Origin: Betaproteobacteria bacterium
GTDB lineage: Bacteria > Pseudomonadota > Gammaproteobacteria > Burkholderiales > Burkholderiaceae_C
Direction of reading: 5' to 3'
NCBI GenBank assembly: GCA_009925955.1
Contig: RFPX01000001.1
Location: forward strand, 1-32,424
Length of the DNA: 32,424 bases
Position 1 is the first letter of the stretch. Every line of letters starts with the position of its first letter. The notes under the pieces were generated by a model that was given only the letters and a program-made list of their open reading frames with translations, made no database searches and was not told where the DNA came from. Shown in pieces: positions 28,681 to 32,424 of this stretch. Both the position numbers and the translations under genes were made by a program.

Positions 28681-29996
28681 CAGGCCAACTCTTCCTTGCG
28701 CAGCCTCACGATGGGCGCCAACACACTGGTCAGCGACTGCATCTTCTGCAGCGCGCCATTCATGCGGCCTTCCGTGGTGCTGTGGGTCAGGATGATCAGG
28801 TCGGTCTGCTTCTCTCCTTCAGCAGACTCACGCTGCAACACCGCATCAATGGAGATGTCGTGAGAAGCCAAGAGGCTGGTGATCTGCGCCAGCACGCCGG
28901 CGCGGTCAGCGACCACCAATCGCAGGTAGAAGGACGTGACGACCTGGTCCATGTCCAGGACTGGGGTGTCGGCGAGCGCGCCCGGCTGGAAAGCCAGGTA
29001 GGGCACGCGGTGTCCGTGGTCGGCCGTGTGCAGTCGGGTGATGTCCACCAAATCGGCGATCACCGCCGACGCGGTGGGCTCTGCTCCTGCGCCCTTGCCG
29101 TAGTACAGCGTGGTGCCCACGGCATCGCCCTGCACCACCACGGCGTTCATGGCCCCCTCCACGTTCGCGATCAGACGCTTGGCCGGCACCAGGGTGGGGT
29201 GCACGCGCAGCTCGATGCCGCCCACATCATCGCGGCGCCGGGTGATGCCCAACAACTTGATGCGGTAGCCCAGCTGTTCGGCGTAGCGGATGTCGGTGGC
29301 CTGCAGCTGCGTAATGCCCTCCACATGCGCCCGGTCGAACCGGACGGGCACCCCAAAGGCCAGGGAAGCCAGCAGCGTGGCCTTGTGCGCCGCGTCCACA
29401 CCCTCGATGTCGAAGGTGGGGTCTGCCTCGGCATAGCCCAGTCGCTGGGCCTCGGCCAGCACCACACCGAAATCCAATCCCTTGTCGCGCATCTCGGACA
29501 GGATGAAGTTGGTGGTGCCGTTGATGATCCCGGCAATCCATTGGATGCGGTTGGCCGTCAAGCCTTCACGCAGGGACTTGATGATGGGGATGCCACCCGC
29601 CACGGCGGCTTCAAAGGCGACGGTGACGCCCCGCTCTTGAGCGGCGGAGAAGATCTCCGAGCCATGAACAGCCAACAGCGCCTTGTTGGCGGTGACCACG
29701 TGCTTGCCGGCCGCGATGGCCTCCAACACCAGGGTCCGGGCGATGCCATAGCCGCCGATCAATTCCACGACGATGTCGATGTCGGGCCGTTGGATGGCCT
29801 CACGGGCATCGGCCAGCACCTCGGCACGGCCTTGGACCACCTCTTGGGCGCGCGCGGTGTCCAGGTCGGCGACCACCACCACCTCGATCCCACGCCCGGC
29901 ACGCCGGCGGATTTCCTCCTGGTTGCGGGCCAGCACCTCAAACGTGCCACGCCCCACCGTTCCAATGCCCAAGAGGGCGACTTTGATTGGCTTCAT
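28680..29996 (-). CDS. hom: Homoserine dehydrogenase
   Basis: 438 aa with the N-terminal NAD-binding motif (VALLGIGTVG), a catalytic domain and a C-terminal ACT domain. Confidence 0.95.
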   Translation of the reverse strand: MKPIKVALLGIGTVGRGTFEVLARNQEEIRRRAGRGIEVVVVADLDTARAQEVVQGRAEVLADAREAIQRPDIDIVVELIGGYGIARTLVLEAIAAGKHVVTANKALLAVHGSEIFSAAQERGVTVAFEAAVAGGIPIIKSLREGLTANRIQWIAGIINGTTNFILSEMRDKGLDFGVVLAEAQRLGYAEADPTFDIEGVDAAHKATLLASLAFGVPVRFDRAHVEGITQLQATDIRYAEQLGYRIKLLGITRRRDDVGGIELRVHPTLVPAKRLIANVEGAMNAVVVQGDAVGTTLYYGKGAGAEPTASAVIADLVDITRLHTADHGHRVPYLAFQPGALADTPVLDMDQVVTSFYLRLVVADRAGVLAQITSLLASHDISIDAVLQRESAEGEKQTDLIILTHSTTEGRMNGALQKMQSLTSVLAPIVRLRKEELA

Positions 29997-30041
29997 CTTT
30001 CAACACCTCAGGCTGCATGGCGCAGCCACTGCAGCGCACGC

Positions 30042-31265
30042 TCAGGCGTGGCGCCGCCTGTAATGGTCCAGGAACCGTGCGATGCGTCCCACGGCCTCGG
30101 TCAAATCGTCTGCGTTGGGCAGGAACACCAGGCGGAAATGATCGGGACGGGGCCAGTTGAAGCCGGTCCCCTGCACGATGAGCACCTTCTCCTGCGCCAA
30201 GAGGTCGTATGCGAATTGCTGGTCATCTGTAATCGGGTAGAGCTTGGGATCCAGCCGAGGGAACATGTACAGCGCCGCCTTGGGCTTGACACAGCTCACA
30301 CCGGGGATCTCGGTGAGCAGCTTGTGCGCCAAGTCACGCTGGCGGCACAGGCGCCCACCAGGTGCCACCAGGTCCTTGATGCTTTGGTAGCCCCCCAGCG
30401 CCGTTTGGATCGCCAATTGTCCGGGCGTGTTGGAACACAGGCGCATGGAGGCCAGCATGTTCAGCCCTTCGATGTAGTCCTTGGCGCGCTTCTTGTGGCC
30501 CGACACCACCATCCAACCGGCGCGGTAGCCGCAGCTGCGGTAGTTCTTGCTCAAACCGTTGAAGGTGAGAAACAGCACATCGTCGGCCAAGGAGGCGATG
30601 CTCGTGTGGCTGTGGCCGTCGTACAAGGTCTTGTCGTAGATCTCGTCGGCAAAGACGATCAGCTGGTGCTGGCGGGCCAACTCCACAATCCCCTGCAACA
30701 CCTCATCGGGGTACAGCGCACCGGTGGGGTTGTTGGGATTGATGACCACGATGCCCTTGGTGCGTGGCGTGATCTTGCGCTTGATGTCCTCCAGGTCGGG
30801 CATCCAGTCGCTTTGCTCGTCACACAGATAGTGAACCGGCTGGCCGCCCGACAGTGACACCGCGGCCGTCCACAACGGGTAGTCGGGCGCGGGCACCAGG
30901 ATTTCGTCTCCGTTGTCCAAAAGGCCGTTGAGGGCCATCACGATCAACTCGGAAGCACCATTGCCCAGGTAGACGTCGTCTACCGTGACACCGGTGATGT
31001 TCTTTTCCTGCGTGTAGTGCACGACCGACTTGCGCGGCGCAAACAGCCCCTTGCTGTCGGTGTAACCCGCCGCGTTGGCCAGGTTGCGGATCATGTCCTG
31101 CACGATCTCATCGGGGGGCTCCAAGCCAAACACGGCCAGATTGCCGATGTTGAGCTTGATGATCTTCTGCCCTTCTTCTTCCATCTGCCGGGCCTTGTCC
31201 AGCACCGGGCCACGGATGTCGTAGCAGACGTTGGCCAGCTTGCTGGATTTGGCGATCGGGTTCAC
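30042..31265 (-). CDS. alaA: PLP-dependent aminotransferase, AlaA (YfbQ)-type glutamate-pyruvate aminotransferase
   Basis: Near-colinear with E. coli AlaA as I recall it (KSSKLANVCYDIRGPVL, LNIGN, NPNNPTGA, FNGLSKNYR). GTG start at 31265. The symbol is assigned by similarity only. Confidence 0.88.
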   Translation of the reverse strand: MNPIAKSSKLANVCYDIRGPVLDKARQMEEEGQKIIKLNIGNLAVFGLEPPDEIVQDMIRNLANAAGYTDSKGLFAPRKSVVHYTQEKNITGVTVDDVYLGNGASELIVMALNGLLDNGDEILVPAPDYPLWTAAVSLSGGQPVHYLCDEQSDWMPDLEDIKRKITPRTKGIVVINPNNPTGALYPDEVLQGIVELARQHQLIVFADEIYDKTLYDGHSHTSIASLADDVLFLTFNGLSKNYRSCGYRAGWMVVSGHKKRAKDYIEGLNMLASMRLCSNTPGQLAIQTALGGYQSIKDLVAPGGRLCRQRDLAHKLLTEIPGVSCVKPKAALYMFPRLDPKLYPITDDQQFAYDLLAQEKVLIVQGTGFNWPRPDHFRLVFLPNADDLTEAVGRIARFLDHYRRRHA

Positions 31266-31307
31266 GGAAGGCGCGCTCGGTCTAGAGGAAACCTAGAATT
31301 TGACCAC

Positions 31308-31679
31308 ATGAAGATGCAACCCGACCGCCTGGAAGGCACCAACCTCATCAGCCGACTGGAAGCGCCACGCCTGTGGGTGCACCAAACGGCCTTCGAGGGC
31401 AGCCAACTGGTGCCACACCGCGGCGCCGTTCAGCCTTGGTCGCCGGCGCGGTTTGAAGACCTCACGGCGGCCGATTTCGAGGCCTTGCTGGCCCTAAAAC
31501 CTGAATTGGTGATCATGGGCACGGGCCCCCGGCTGCGCTTTCCAGCGGCTGCCTTGCGTCGCGCCTTGGTGGAGGCCGGCGTTGGGTTCGAAGCCATGGA
31601 CAGTGCGGCGGCCTGCCGAACCTTCAATGTCTTGGCCAGCGAGGGGCGAGCGGTCCTGGCGGCCCTGATCCTGGCCTGA
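31308..31679 (+). CDS. Mth938-like (DUF498, NDUFAF3-related) domain protein
   Basis: 123 aa: ...PELVIMGTGPRLRFPAAALRRALVEAGVGFEAMDSAAACRTFNVLASEGRAV is the typical Mth938-like pattern. The upstream part of the track ORF is antisense to alaA, so ATG 31308 (or 31314) was chosen. Confidence 0.75.
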   Translation: MKMQPDRLEGTNLISRLEAPRLWVHQTAFEGSQLVPHRGAVQPWSPARFEDLTAADFEALLALKPELVIMGTGPRLRFPAAALRRALVEAGVGFEAMDSAAACRTFNVLASEGRAVLAALILA

Positions 31680-31690
31680 TCGGGGTCCTT

Positions 31691-31696
31691 TATAAT
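31691..31696 (+). promoter_or_regulatory. Possible bcp -10 element (perfect TATAAT)
   Basis: TATAAT lies 32 nt upstream of the bcp ATG in the 49-nt intergenic gap. There is no convincing -35. Confidence 0.35.
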
Positions 31697-31728
31697 CCTC
31701 GGTTGACTTTCAAGCACCCGCCCGAATC

Positions 31729-32205
31729 ATGACGCCAGCCTTGAACAAAACCCTGCCGGACATCGACGCGCTTGCCACGGGGGGTGTGAAGTTCACGCCG
31801 TCGGCCTTTGCTGGCAAGGCCATCGTGCTGTACTTCTATCCCAAGGACAACACACCCGGCTGCACCACCGAGGCCATGCAGTTTCGCGACAAGCATGCCG
31901 ACTTCAAGAAGGCCGGCGCCGTGGTGTTCGGCGTTTCACGAGACAACATGGCCTCGCACGACAAGTTCAAGGCGAACCTGGAACTGCCCTTCGAGCTGAT
32001 CGCCGACACGGAAGAAAAGCTCTGTCACATGTTTGGCGTTGTCAAGAACAAGATCATGTACGGCAAGAAGGTCAAGGGCATCGAGCGCAGCACCTTCTTG
32101 ATCAACGCTCAGGGCGTGCTGGTGCAGGAGTGGAGAGGCATCAAGGTGGCCGGTCACGTCGACGAAGTGTTGCTGGCGGTCAAGGCGCTCAAGAAAGCCG
32201 CCTGA
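31729..32205 (+). CDS. bcp: Peroxiredoxin Bcp (thioredoxin-dependent thiol peroxidase)
   Basis: 158 aa. It has the peroxidatic-Cys motif YFYPKDNTPGCTTEA and the remainder of the Bcp/PrxQ fold pattern. Confidence 0.92.
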   Translation: MTPALNKTLPDIDALATGGVKFTPSAFAGKAIVLYFYPKDNTPGCTTEAMQFRDKHADFKKAGAVVFGVSRDNMASHDKFKANLELPFELIADTEEKLCHMFGVVKNKIMYGKKVKGIERSTFLINAQGVLVQEWRGIKVAGHVDEVLLAVKALKKAA

Positions 32206-32304
32206 GCGCCGCCGGGCAGCCGGCCTCCAGGCGGCACGCTTTGCCGTATAGTGGGCTCATGACAGGCAAGCCCTGCCCCCTGATTCATTCGAGTTTCACC
32301 TGCG

Positions 32305-32339
32305 AAGGCCGCGGTTTCCCCGCGGCCTTTTTGTTTTTG
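32305..32339 (+). terminator. Strong rho-independent terminator
   Basis: AAGGCCGCGG-TTTCC-CCGCGGCCTT is a perfect 10-bp stem, followed by TTTGTTTTTGC. It is unidirectional, with the U-tract on the plus strand only. Confidence 0.8.
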
Positions 32340-32424
32340 CATTTGACTGCCCATGCCACTGCCCAAGCCCCCAGTTCGTAAAGCCACCCTGCTCTCACCA
32401 GCCGATTACCCGTCGGCGGCATCG

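Noticed and set aside
28395-30857. An 820-aa plus-strand ORF spanning thrC, hom and the aminotransferase
   Set aside because: It is antisense to three genes with unmistakable homology. Its translation is low-complexity and Arg/Gly/His/Gln/Ala-rich with no motifs. It has the typical look of a stop-codon-poor shadow frame in GC-rich DNA.
32130-32381. An 83-aa plus-strand ORF (including a possible 40-aa MTGKPCPL... peptide) downstream of bcp
   Set aside because: It reads straight through a strong intrinsic terminator hairpin and overlaps the bcp 3' end. It has no ribosome-binding site.

Overview
High-GC (roughly two-thirds G+C by eye) chromosomal segment. The gene content and order look betaproteobacterial, Burkholderiales/Comamonadaceae-like; that placement is an inference from synteny, not a search result. 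The window is almost fully coding: 33 protein genes, one of them frameshifted, plus one tRNA. Left to right: the 3' part of fnr, convergent with a complete cbb3-type cytochrome c oxidase locus on the minus strand. That locus runs ccoI-ccoS | perfect FNR box | ccoN-ccoO-ccoQ-ccoP-ccoG, followed by a FixH-like protein and a small membrane protein. Next come a DUF192 protein, sodB, xseA, lpxK-trm112-like-kdsB-adk, a type-II 3-hydroxyacyl-CoA dehydrogenase-like SDR, and tRNA-Pro(UGG). These are followed by an MFS transporter translationally coupled to a thiamine-diphosphate enzyme, which is broken by a 7-bp tandem duplication. The rest is nadA-nadC convergent with nadB, then clpB, a 179-aa hypothetical protein, moeA-moaD-moaE, alaA-like-hom-thrC, an Mth938-like protein and bcp. 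I see no mobile element, CRISPR array, toxin-antitoxin pair, defence island or multi-gene cassette of unknown function. This reads as conserved housekeeping DNA, and I do not claim a new system. The points worth a second look are small-scale: (1) the frameshifting 7-bp duplication in the TPP enzyme; (2) an FNR regulatory circuit whose box overlaps the ccoS stop codon; (3) ccoQ and ccoS, two small genes missing from the ORF track; (4) two uncharacterised small membrane proteins coupled to ccoG; (5) an AT-rich island with three DnaA-box-like 9-mers upstream of lpxK; (6) an RpoH-type promoter with an overlapping inverted repeat at clpB; (7) several possible leaderless starts; (8) a structured ~130-nt tail after bcp. 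The very long ORFs antisense to real genes are treated as GC-driven shadow ORFs.
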